Source: Blasia pusilla
Lineage: Eukaryota
DNA: 64,000 nt
Direction: 5' to 3'
Assembly (NCBI GenBank): GCA_050084515.1
Contig: CM114271.1
Span: 62,001 to 126,000 of the forward strand
The notes beneath the pieces are model-generated. The model had not been told where the DNA came from, searched no databases, and saw nothing but the letters and a program-made list of their open reading frames with translations. This document shows, piece after piece, positions 12,440 to 22,789 of the stretch; position 1 is the stretch's first letter; each line of letters starts with the position of its first letter. The position numbers were made by a program, and so were the translations under genes.

Positions 12440-13320
12440 TTCCGCCGTGTGTCTGGCGGCTATTTACTATATCAAGGGTTTGTGGCTATTTTCACTTGGC
12501 AACATTTTTCCGTAGTGTGTCAGGTGGAGTTGGCGGATTTTTAGAGTCTCAAGGACCCAACGTCTTTTATCACTTGGCGGCATTCTGCCTCATTGTGTTC
12601 GATGGAGATAGCGGCTTTTTACAGCATGGGGGACCTGAAGACTAATTTCACCTTGCGGCATCCTAAAAGCATTCATTGGTGAAGTTGACAGCTATTTACA
12701 ATATCGCGGAAAAGACAAATATTATCACTTGGCGGCATTCTTCTACAACGTGTTCATCGGAGCTTGCAACTATTTACAATATTGGAGGCTAGTAACAATA
12801 TCGAGGACTCGACAAATATTATCAATGATGGTTGCAAAAAAATTGACAAGTCCTTCCTTAGAACAAACATGGGTTCCAAGAGGTAGGACCCACACTTTAT
12901 AATCCATGATGGAACGCAAGGCAAGGATAAGTGGAGCAATGAGGGAGGAGGGAGTGGAGGTAGAGGGAGCAAGAAACGGGGGAGTATGGAACACAAAGGC
13001 AAGTAAGGGAAGGAGAAAGAAGGGAAAGGTGGGGCCCATATGGACAAGTCCTTCCATAGGACGGACATAAGTCCACCGACATGGACATGTCCATGGACAC
13101 GGACTTTGTTCACATGCAACCTTGTTATCAATAGGCGGCATTCTACAATAGTGTGTTTGGTGGAGCTATTTTGCCTCTATTTACATAATCGAGAACTCGC
13201 CGAACATTATCACTGGGCGAAATTCTTCTGCACTCTGTTTGGTGGAGCTAGTGGCTATTCACAATATCGGATACCCGGCGGCTGTTATCACTTGGCGGCA
13301 TTCTACGGCAGAATTCTATA
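12440..13320. repeat. Degenerate ~78-bp tandem repeat, interrupted by an unrelated block at ~12830-13115
   Basis: Core CACTTGGCGGCATTCT or variants near 12493, 12571, 12648, 12726, 13133, 13211 and 13289. Confidence 0.75.
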
Positions 13321-13365
13321 TTTATAGAATCCGGAACTTGGTGGTTACCATACGAGAGGAATATT

Positions 13366-13524
13366 GTGAACCAAAGTTGGGCTCTTATCCTAAACTGCAT
13401 TCTTTGTTCTTATCCAGGGGTGAACCATAGTTGGGCTCTTATCCTAAACTGCATTCTCTGTTCTTATCCAGGGGTGAACCATAGTTGAGCTTTCATCCTA
13501 AACTGCACTCCCTGTTCTTATCCA
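13366..13524. repeat. 54-bp tandem repeat, ~3 copies
   Basis: TGAACCA..GTTGGGCTCTTATCCTAAACTGCA..GTTCTTATCCAGGGG starts at 13367, 13421 and 13475. Confidence 0.92.
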
Positions 13525-13868
13525 ATGTGCTACTTCTTACGATATCAATATCCAATTACAAGAAAAAATGGAATCATCTATTCTACTACAATGAAAGAAA
13601 GTTTCTGGCTGCATTAGGGGCGAAGTCTCTGAGGGGGGCCTCTCAAGAAATTTCTTGCGCCCGGAAATCTCTACGGCCTTGCATCCGGAAACCTCCCCTC
13701 ACAATTTATAAATTTCATCCAACAACATCTCATCTCCCAACTCTTTTACGTTCAACTCTTTTACCTCCTACTAGGCGTGGTAGTAGTTTACGTTTCTTCC
13801 TTGTTTTTCATTCCTAATGGGAAAATTTGGCGCCTAAATACATACTCGTGGGTGGGCACTAAAAGACA

Positions 13869-15239
13869 CTAGTAAGGTTCATGTACGATACACGGGAAAT
13901 AAAAAAGTGTTACAAGAGCTAGTATATAACCCGTGAAGGGAAGAGATTAATGATACTACACATAAATTCAAATTTTTTCTTGCTGCCTAGTTACCACATT
14001 TCAAGCAAATAAGTGTTTGCAAGTCAAGAAGGCACTCTCCCATAATCTATACTATTAACGAAACATGGGGGGGTTACTATAAGGGGAAAGAAAGAAAACA
14101 TTGCCTCTCTATAAGGAGTGAAGCACTCTACTATTTTCCGATGGGCCAAGTGAAGCACTCTATTATGAATTCTCATTTGGGATTATTTCCTTTGGGTGAT
14201 CCAATCCAGAAAACTCATGCCATGCCTTCAGTGGTGCTTGAAGAGGGTGGAGAAAATTACCCACCTTTATTCACGTGGGTAATTTTTTATCCACACTCTT
14301 TTTTCTGAAACTTGAGGCTAGAAGTAACTCCTATCCACCCTATTGTGCTTGTTTGGATGGTGTAGTCAATTTGAGGTGGAAAAAGTAAAGTAACAAGATA
14401 AAGGAAGGAACAAGTAGGCACTTTTGAGGAGAAAGCGGAGCGGAGACGATACATGGAGAAAGCGAAGTAGAGTAAATAAATTTATCATTTTGAAGGTTCA
14501 TAGGGAAGGTCCTTCTTCAAGTTTTCGAGTTAGGACTTTTCCTTGTCAAATGGAACTACTTTGTTCCTTAGTGGGACTTATTCCATTGACCATTTTTTGT
14601 GTTGTGGTGGATAGAAGAACATGTGTGGACTTGTCGAGCGTCATCACTTGCCTAAAGGCATATGTGGTCATCCGACTACGCCATATCTACCACATTGTGA
14701 ATCCATAGCTTCCTCCTCCCTCCAATCAAAACTCTCTACTCCATCCCTACAATGTGATCAAGCTCGATCTCTCTCTCTCTCTCTCTCCAACACGAATGGA
14801 CACTACACTCACCTCCGCAATCACACAAGCTCTACGGCCGCGATGAAGTTGGCCTCAATAATTGTTGCGCATTGAACAAAGTGGCACTCCCTCTCTCCCC
14901 AACTCAGAGCCTCTCGCACACACTCCTCCTCTTTCCTTGTCTGTCTCTCTCAAACATGAATGCTCGAGGAAATGTGACTCATCACAAGCATCTCTAAATT
15001 GTCCTGCAGGCTCTCTCGCATTTGAGATGAGGGGCGTGAGCTTCTCATTTCATGGGTCCAAGGCTCTATCATCTCAATATGCCTCATCTTATATGAGTTG
15101 ATCCAATCATAACACAAGGAAGAAAAAGGTAAAAGATATATACAACAGGTAAAACCCTCTCAAAATTTATATCAAATTAAATTTAAATTTTTATTTTTTT
15201 AATTGTTATATTTTGACGCATTCTTACTAGTAATATAGA
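13869..15239 (-). mobile_element. Helitron-like mini-element (~186 bp without its insert), hosting a nested element
   Basis: The minus strand starts A|TCTATATTA and ends CCCGTGTATCGTACATGAACCTTACTAG|T, a decayed hairpin plus CTAG. An uninterrupted homologue lies at ~45800-45968. Confidence 0.55.
14046..15230 (+). mobile_element. Non-autonomous Helitron-like element, 1185 bp
   Basis: Starts A|TCTATACTATT and ends CTTACTAG|T, inserted between A and T with no TSD. The empty site GGCACTCTCCTATAA/TAATATAGATA is visible at ~45944-45970. No clear 3' hairpin. Confidence 0.65.
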
Positions 15240-15479
15240 TATAAACTGCTTTTCCTCCCAAACGTTTAATCCTATTTCAACCCCTAGCGCGGCGCCCAAT
15301 GCTTGCTTCTCCGACCAGCGTCCGGGAGAATAGGGTTTAAGGTTGACGTAACGTTCAATTTCTAAAAGCCGGCTAGATAGCCAACTGGGATTAGAAAACT
15401 TCAACATAAATTCCGGGAGAAACTAGCAAGACCTGTCTCCGACTGCTTGAGGCAAGACCCTCCCCCTAGACCCTATCTC

Positions 15480-18213
15480 TTAGGCCGATCTTAAACGTAA
15501 TACTACTGTGGCTCATTCCACTCAACATGCCAATCATGGGAGGCCTTCAATACAACAACGCCTTCGATGAAGTCTACTTTTGGTGCAGGTTGGTGAGTTT
15601 TCACGTGCAGCTCGAGCATTGGGTCCTCTTTCTCCGACGATTCCAAGTGCGGAAAAAGTGGCTCTCTTAGAAGCTCTTCATCCTCCTTCAAGTGGCGATG
15701 CTCCATCTTTTGTGGAAGACTATACAACGGACCTTGACTTGAAGCTTGACTTGGAGGTTTTCACAAGGGCTTTTCTGCATACTCCTCGCTTATCAGCAAG
15801 CGGGCTATCAGGGATGGTTTTGAGCATCTCCGCGATTGCTTTATCCCAGCAAATTCAGCAAGTGGCTTTGTCTCTCTATATAAGGTGTGTGCACATATGG
15901 CGGCAGGTCGTCTCCCATTCTCTATCTCTAGGCTCTTAGGAGCTTGTTGTTTGTGGGCTATGGATAAGCCTCCTTCAGGTGTGCAACCTTTGGCTATTGG
16001 AGAGGTTTTATATCGCTTGGTTAGTCAATCCCTATGCTTGCAATTACGTCCTCACTTTAGTGCCCACTTATTTCCTCATCAATTTGGAGTGGCAACTCCT
16101 AGAGGTTGTGAGGCTGTGGTGCATGGGATTCGCTCCACTCTTGATATTCATCGAGATTGGGTAGCAATTCAAGTCGATGTGGCTAACGCATTCAATTTAG
16201 TTTCTCATGCAGCCATCTTTGAGGAGTTACGTTGTGCAAGAGGACAACTTGCAAGCCTCATTCCATTTGCTTGCTCCTTCTATGTCGATGATACGCCCAT
16301 TATCTATTCCCATCATGCTACTTCTGGGGAATATAGTATTCTACAATCGGATGATCCCATGGGGGGCCCAGTCTTTGCCATTGGCCATTTTCGTGCCCTT
16401 CGAGCATCAGCGCAAGCATTTCCATCTTGTCTTTTCCCTTCTATTGCTGATGACACTCACATTATAGGTCCTCCTTCTGAAGTGGTTCTTGCTTATACCC
16501 ATTTTGTGGAGCAACTCTCTTTCTTAAACCTTAAAGCCCAACCTAGTAAATGTGGAGTATGGTCTCCTTCATGCCTTCCCTCAACATTCATCCCACCTAC
16601 TCCTGATTTTCCCATCTACATTGAAGGGGTTAGAGTTCTTGGGGTCCCAATTGGCTTCATCGACTATGTCTCAAAGTTCTTCGATGAGACCCTTTTGAAA
16701 GACATGGAATGGCTTAATTTGTTACCTCATCTAGGGGATCCCCAAGTGGCATATGGGATTCTCTCCCAATGATTTCTACAATGTCCTTCCTACCTTCTTC
16801 GCACTTGTCCTCCCACTTCAAGGTTCTTACATCAGTTGGCCTCTTTTGATGCTTCTATCTTGGCAACTTTTGGTCAACTTCTTGGCCTGAATACCTTTGA
16901 GGGAGAGGATGGTGTCTTTGTTTCACGACAAGCTATCTTGCCTATTTCTTTTGGAGGGGTGGGACTGTCCTCCACAGTCGTATCTGCTCCCGCAGCCTTT
17001 TTGGGGAGTTGGGCGTTGGTAGCACCGATTATGGCTTCAAGGTTTCTCCAAGGAGATATACTTATCTTGATGGATCATATCGCCCATGTAGAGGAGGGAG
17101 ACTTCTTATTTCAACAATAACTGAGATCTGCCCGAGCTCTTCTTCCTCTTGCTACACAAGCAATTCTACCCCCTTTTAGTCAATTGATTACGGAAGGGCT
17201 TGATCAACTTCAAGAGCATATCTCCGAGAATCTGCATCAAATCAACTTTTCCAGCATTCTCTCCGAGGCATCCTCTGAAGCTAATTGAGCTCGTCTACGT
17301 TCATGTGCGAGTACCGGAGCGGGGACGTGGCTTACTGCAAATCCTTTTATTCTTCCATTTTGTCTTCCTCGAAGTATAATCTCCAGCTTTGCGGTTACTT
17401 CTCGGACTTCCCCATCCTTCTCTCTTAGATGTGTCAAATTGTGTATGTGGGGATCCCATTGATGCCAAGGGTATCCATATTCTCCGATGTGCATATGGTG
17501 GAGAACGAACGGCCATACAAGATGCGATTAGAGAGGAGGTAGCATCGGTGGCTCATAATGCAAGATACACCGTTGGGCAAGAGCACCTCCACGTCCTACC
17601 TTCAACCACACAAGCAACCTCTCCTCGGAGAATGGATCTTGTTATGTCTCAAGGTGGATTCCGGACACTAGGTGATGTGGTGGTTGGTGATCCAACACGT
17701 TATGACTTGGTGTGTCGAACCGCACATACCAAAGGTTTGACGGCCGAAGTTGCAGCAAGAATGAAGGAGTTAAGTTATGCCTAGACACGCGAGTGATGGA
17801 TTTATTCCTTTAGCAAAGGAAGTATTCGGTCATTTACATGTGTCTTTTGATACTTTCCTAAAAACATGTTCTACCACTCCCTCAAGAATCATCACCTTGC
17901 CCCTTACCTCTCGATAGCTACTACTTATTTTTGGCAATGCATCTCAGTGGCCTTACAACGTGCATAAGCCTTGGCATTGATACATTGTGCAGAGGTGGTG
18001 AGGGGTCGCTCGCCTTGTCGTCCATTCACGTCTGACCAACCACTGGTGTTCTTGTGAGATTTGTCTTAGGCTATCAATCGTGTAGCTCATTGAGCCGATG
18101 TTTGCGTTGGCTTGTTGCCATTTTCTTTTTCATTCTTGTATGCATTTTTTGACTCCTCTTTTGAGTTGTTATTACCTTTCTTTGTCCTCTTCTCACGTTT
18201 ATTTTATAATAAA
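15480..18213 (+). mobile_element. CRE-like non-LTR retrotransposon A (RT plus restriction-like endonuclease), 5'-truncated, decayed
   Basis: GEFSRAARAL, VQPLAIGEVLYRL, HQFGVATPRGCE, QVDVANAFN, IADDTHIIG, GVRVLGVPIG, LPISFGGVGL. Knuckle CVCG..HILRC, then RRMDLV..DVVVGDP..K..Y..FIPLA. T-rich 3' UTR. Confidence 0.88.
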
Positions 18214-19339
18214 GTGGATATATCTTTAATGATGTTGTTTAGAAAATTGATGACACGCGGACCTTTCGTGCGTGACCACATGTCAATTGGAGTCAATCCG
18301 TGAATGACAAAGAAGCAGGTAAGCCTTGTGTACGGGTGACGGATCTAAAGTTGATAGGCATGGGAACTACGACCGTCTTTGCCAACTCAAGCAGTATAAA
18401 GCTTCGGTCGCGTCACCCACGCACGATCCAAATATAAAACTTAAAAGGAAAGGGGATGGAAACCCATCAGGATACAAGACAACAAGACGAGAATTCGATG
18501 AGAGAGAAGGAACGATGTGGATCCAACTACCTACCATTCCCGACGTCCCAATCGGGTGGGAGTCGGGCTTCAGTCGGCGATGGAAACGAGGATTGTAGGC
18601 AGGCGAGTCCACCCCGAGCTGCAATAGACCGTTCGATCATGAATCCTAACGATTTGGAGGAGACGGGAGGGCGCGCGAAGCTTTTACGGGATGGCGGCGG
18701 GGATGGGAAGGAGATTGATAGTGGGATGGAGGATGGAGGAGGTCGTGTGTTATATCAAAACGGAGATACCGACTTCCTCTATGTTTTGATCCGTAGCGTC
18801 AATCTTCTAGTGAAGTATTTTTCAGTTTATTTTGTTTTGTAGAGTTTTGTTGTTTTAGGGTTTCTCATTTAGGTATTAGGGTCCTCTTTGTTGTCTCGTT
18901 TTGTTGTAATGCTTTGAATGTTTCCAAGACAACTCATGTTGTTATTCCACACCACCCTTTTTTTTCTCTTTGTCCTTATTCTCAGAAAGCCACACACGCG
19001 TTCCTCCTTCACGTTTGACCCATATTTTTCTCCCTTATCCCACTCTATTCCCATCTATTTTTTCCATCTATTATTTTTCCATATCACTAGTACCTCCATA
19101 CTATCTCTACATTATTTGGGAAGGAGTTGGGCCATATGTCATAGGTGAAGATGGTAGATGAGAGTTCATACTAGGGAGAGCATTTCCGTGGACGGGAAGA
19201 GAGTCGATTACCATTAGGGTGGTTGAATGGGGGTTGTGGGGCGGATTTTGGTGGGGTTTGTCTCTCGAGTTTGAGGGAGGGGTTCATGTTCTCTTCTTGG
19301 TGAGAGGTGTCCGTGCCTCGACCCGCATCGGCCCCTTGC

Positions 19340-21966
19340 GTAGGGGCTCGTGGGTCATCTAGCTAGGATATGAAATGCCCTTGTTGTCCCGAATTCTTCG
19401 CTTTTCTGGAATTCGGAACCATTTAGGGGCTGAACATCCTCACTTTGATAGATTCGGATGGGTGGTTTCTCCAATCGATCATGGATGCTCACCGGTGCTT
19501 CATGCATCATCGCCCCCTCCCGAGGCATGGGAGTGGTTGAGGTCCCACCTTGGCAGCATCTTTGAGACCCGTTTTTCCCTTCCCGAGGTTGTTTCATAGG
19601 ATTCCCCCTTGCTATTTGGGATGAGCTTTGCCACTCTTTCCTCCTTCCCTTATCTAGGATCGCACTTGATCCTATGGATGAGCTCGTGGTATCTACTACC
19701 TCTCCTTCCACGATGGTATCTTCACTATACCCGAGGAGGAAGGCTGGCCATAGAGAGGTTGTGGCCCGATTGCGGCGCTTCCGAGGAGGTGATTGGGAGT
19801 CTGCAGAGTGAGTTCGTGGCATATGCTAGAGGTAGCACTCCACGTGGTTTCCCAATAGATGATCTTGTAGCTCCCAGATTGCGACGATGTAGGAGACTTG
19901 GGCGAGCCAGGGAGTACTCGCGAGCGGCTCGTGCGCTCCGCCTATGGATATGGCTCCTCCTTCTGCTGTTACCATCGACGCCCTCCGGAGGCTACACCCT
20001 CGTCTAGTGGTTGACATCAAACAACATTTGTACATGACTTCCATCCTGACACGACCTTATGCCTAGACCCATCCCTCTTTCCACGGGCACTTGGGCGTTC
20101 CCCTAGGATAGTAGCTGGAGGGTTGTCCGGTATGATGTACGAACACCTTGGTGATTTCTTTCCCTCCGAGGACTCTGCTAGCGGCTTTTTTGAGTTGCTT
20201 CAGGTTGCCTCTCACCTAGCTTAGGGGAGAGTTCCAACAGTAGTAGCCCAGGTATTGGGGGCGGGGCGACTTTTGGCATAATCGAAGGAGGGTGGAGGGA
20301 TCCGTCCGATTGCCATAGGGGAGGTGCTCTTGCGGTTGGTGAGTTGCACTATCGCTTTGCAGTTCCGTGAGGCTTTCCAGTCACATCTGAGTCCGCACTA
20401 GTTCGGAGTTGCTACGTGAGCTGGTTGTGAGGCTGTAGCCTTAGGTTTGAGGGCTTGTTTAGATATACATCCCAAGTGGGTGGTTCTCCAAGTTGATGTG
20501 GAGAACGCCTTTAACTCACTGTATCGGGCAGCTATCTTCACGGAGCTGAGAGACGCAAGGGGTCCCATAGCGAGCCTGATTCCCTTCGTGCATGCTTTTT
20601 ATGGGGCTCCCTCGGCTCTCTATTTTCACCACGGTAGGTTCGAGGAGGAGGTCACGGTCTTGGAGTCTGCTATTGGGACGCGTCAGGGTGATCCCTTGGG
20701 TGGTGCATTGTTTGCTTTGGCTCATTATCTCAGCAGATTCTTTCTCTGTGGAGGCTTTCGTGGGTTGCATTTTCCTTCTTTGGCACATGATACTCACATT
20801 GTCGGCCTCGAGACTTGGTTGTTCTGCATTTCAAAGCACTTTTCAAAGACAGATTGGCACACATCGCCTTGCGGTGAAGGTGGGAAAGTGCAAGGCATGG
20901 TCTTCATTAGGCTTGTCAAGCATATATTCATTTACCCGACGGTATTTTGACACTCGCTCAAGGGCTTCGGCGTCTAGGAGTCCCACTGGGAGCCAAGACT
21001 TTGTATCGAGTTTTATGGCGGCGGCTCTTACCCGGACGAGGATATCCCCATGGAGGTTCGGGCCCGTATTCGCTCTTGCTCCGGAAAGGGGGCAGGCTCA
21101 TGGGTGGGGGCTCGTCCCCTAATCCCGGTTTTCATCGATCGCACCACTTACCTACACTACGGCCGATGAGGTTCCGATGGGCTGCCCCAACCAACGGGGT
21201 TGGTTCGACACATTGAAAGTGTTCTTCGGAGTCCTGGATCCACTTGGTGTGCATTTGGCACGATGTCCAGTTGGGGGTGAGAGGATAGCCACTCACGATG
21301 CAGTGCGGGATATTATGTTCTCTATTGCTCGGGAGAGTGGATTCCATGTACAAAGAGAGAGGCACTACTCCATACAAGATTCCCTTATCCGTGCTGATCT
21401 CTACATGACGAGGGAGTCTGAGGTGGTGGTAGCGGATGTTGTAGTGACGGATCCTATGCGGGAGGCGGTGCGAGCCCAAGTGGTAGCACAAGGAAGATTG
21501 CTACAAGGAGCGGCGGCGGCGGTCAAGAAGACCCACATTTATAGTCGACTTCATGACAGACATCGATTTATCCCCCTAGCCATTGAAATGTACGAGGCGA
21601 TGGGGGAGAGGATTGACTCGTTCCTTACGGATTGCGCCCATCATCTCCAGTCAAGAAATGGATTGTCCTTAGCCACTGCGATATTTTATTGTAGGCAACG
21701 GGTCTCCATAACTTTGCAGCGCGCCCAGGAAAATGGGCTTTTGCGGCGGGCTCAGGCGGCGGTTGGAGACGCCAATGCTAGAGGCCCACTTAGTAGGAAT
21801 CATAGTTCTCTAAGTCTAGGTTTTGTTGATATTGTCTATGCTGTTGGTGATTTTGGTGGTTAGAGGGAGGCCCCCTTCTTCTTTCTCCGGGCCGGGTTCC
21901 GTTGGGCATATGGGTTTCCCATCCTTTTTCTACATATATATTTTATTTCATCATGATTAAAAAAGG
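19340..21966 (+). mobile_element. CRE-like non-LTR retrotransposon B, near full length, decayed
   Basis: Frameshifted N-terminal C2H2 finger (CPCC..RNHLGAEH, 19376-19440), IRPIAIGEVLLRL, QVDVENAFN, GTRQGDPLG, HDTHIVG. Endonuclease HLARC..HDAVRD..RADL..ADVVVTDP..KK..FIPLAIEMY in ORF 21177..21863. Confidence 0.88.
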
Positions 21967-21974
21967 GGCATAAA

Positions 21975-22152
21975 GATACAAATAAGGGGCCATAGAAAAA
22001 AAAAAAAACCGAAGCCCCCGAATATAAGGTCCGAATATAAAACTTAATAGAAAAGGGGATGGAAACCCATCAGATACATAGAATAAGAAGACAGAAGGGA
22101 CGTCCCCCTAGAAGAGACCTCCCCTAACGACCAAAATCACCGATCTACCCGG
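21975..22152 (-). mobile_element. Short 3'-end fragment of a CRE-B relative, tail-to-tail with element B
   Basis: The reverse complement contains GGTGATTTTGGTCGTTAG and ATGGGTTTCCATCC, matching 21846-21925. A similar fragment lies at ~18425-18490. Confidence 0.65.
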
Positions 22153-22328
22153 AGTTGCTTGCTTGGACTCCATCACAGTCATCAGACGCGTGACTGACGG
22201 ACGCTTCAGGCTGTGGGGGGTATTATATGGACAGGTTCTAAGCCTAGAAATTTGGATGAACAGGTCATGGGGTTCGAAAGTCAATTTTGACCGATCACAC
22301 GGACGCCAATACGCATAGCTCCACAGTT

Positions 22329-22334
22329 TATAAG
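22329..22334 (+). promoter_or_regulatory. Putative TATA box of the secreted-peptide gene
   Basis: TATAAG about 150 nt upstream of the ATG, followed by a pyrimidine-rich leader. Start context ATCATGGCC. Confidence 0.5.
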
Positions 22335-22480
22335 CCCAGAGGCGAGCACTGCCTTTCACATCTCAAGCCGATCCCTCGAGAACGATCTATCTCTCTGAGA
22401 ACTTCATTTCTTCGCTAGATAACGCAATCCTTGCGATCGACTTACATTCTCTCATCGATCTCCAGCGCTAGCAGTCGATC

Positions 22481-22789
22481 ATGGCCATCTTACGAGTTCT
22501 CTGTGTGGCACTGCTACTCGCAGCATTGACCGAAGCTGCGAAGATTGAGACGTTCAATTCGGCCAGCTGTGATGGTAATCCTACCAACACCTTCTTGGTG
22601 GGAGGCAATACCTGTCAAATATTCAATGACCAGGGCGCAGTTCGCATCACCGAAGTCAGCGGCGACACCCGAGTGTCCATCCATAACCAGCAGGATTGTG
22701 AGCAGTACAGTAGTGTGGCGCAAATCTATGGACCGGGCTGTGTTGTGCAAGGCAGAACCGCGCTGCGCGCCGTCTGGATTCAGGGTTGA
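22481..22789 (+). CDS. Small secreted Cys-containing protein, MiAMP1/beta-gamma-crystallin-like candidate antimicrobial peptide
   Basis: Intact, apparently intronless 102-aa ORF. Signal peptide MAILRVLCVALLLAALTEA. Four mature Cys in two internally similar halves. Upstream TATA and good start context. The family call is by visual similarity only. Confidence 0.8.
   Translation: MAILRVLCVALLLAALTEAAKIETFNSASCDGNPTNTFLVGGNTCQIFNDQGAVRITEVSGDTRVSIHNQQDCEQYSSVAQIYGPGCVVQGRTALRAVWIQG

Larger units (their letters stand above)
7779..13033 (-). repeat. 5.2-kb MULE-bearing segment, present inverted at 34581-39824 and direct at 54607-59837
   Basis: Matching ORFs on opposite strands (10784..11020- vs 36599..36835+; 11928..12173+ vs 35445..35684-). 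Both end points were checked by reverse complement. Confidence 0.95.
1..17194 (+). repeat. Copy 1 of a large direct segmental duplication (partner 46879-64000)
   Basis: The window start AAAATATTTCTTGACGCC recurs at 46879. The ORF track repeats with an offset of about 46.8 kb (37->46915, 4249->51084, 15580->62394, 17120->63926). Confidence 0.97.

Noticed and set aside
12440-13524. Regularly spaced repeats resembling a CRISPR array
   Set aside because: The spacers are themselves related, the context is eukaryotic and there are no cas genes. These are ordinary tandem repeats.
18340-18420. Faint resemblance to the peptide-gene promoter (GGCATGGG..GCCAA..CAGTATAAAGC)
   Set aside because: Similarity is too patchy to support by eye, and no paralogous CDS follows.
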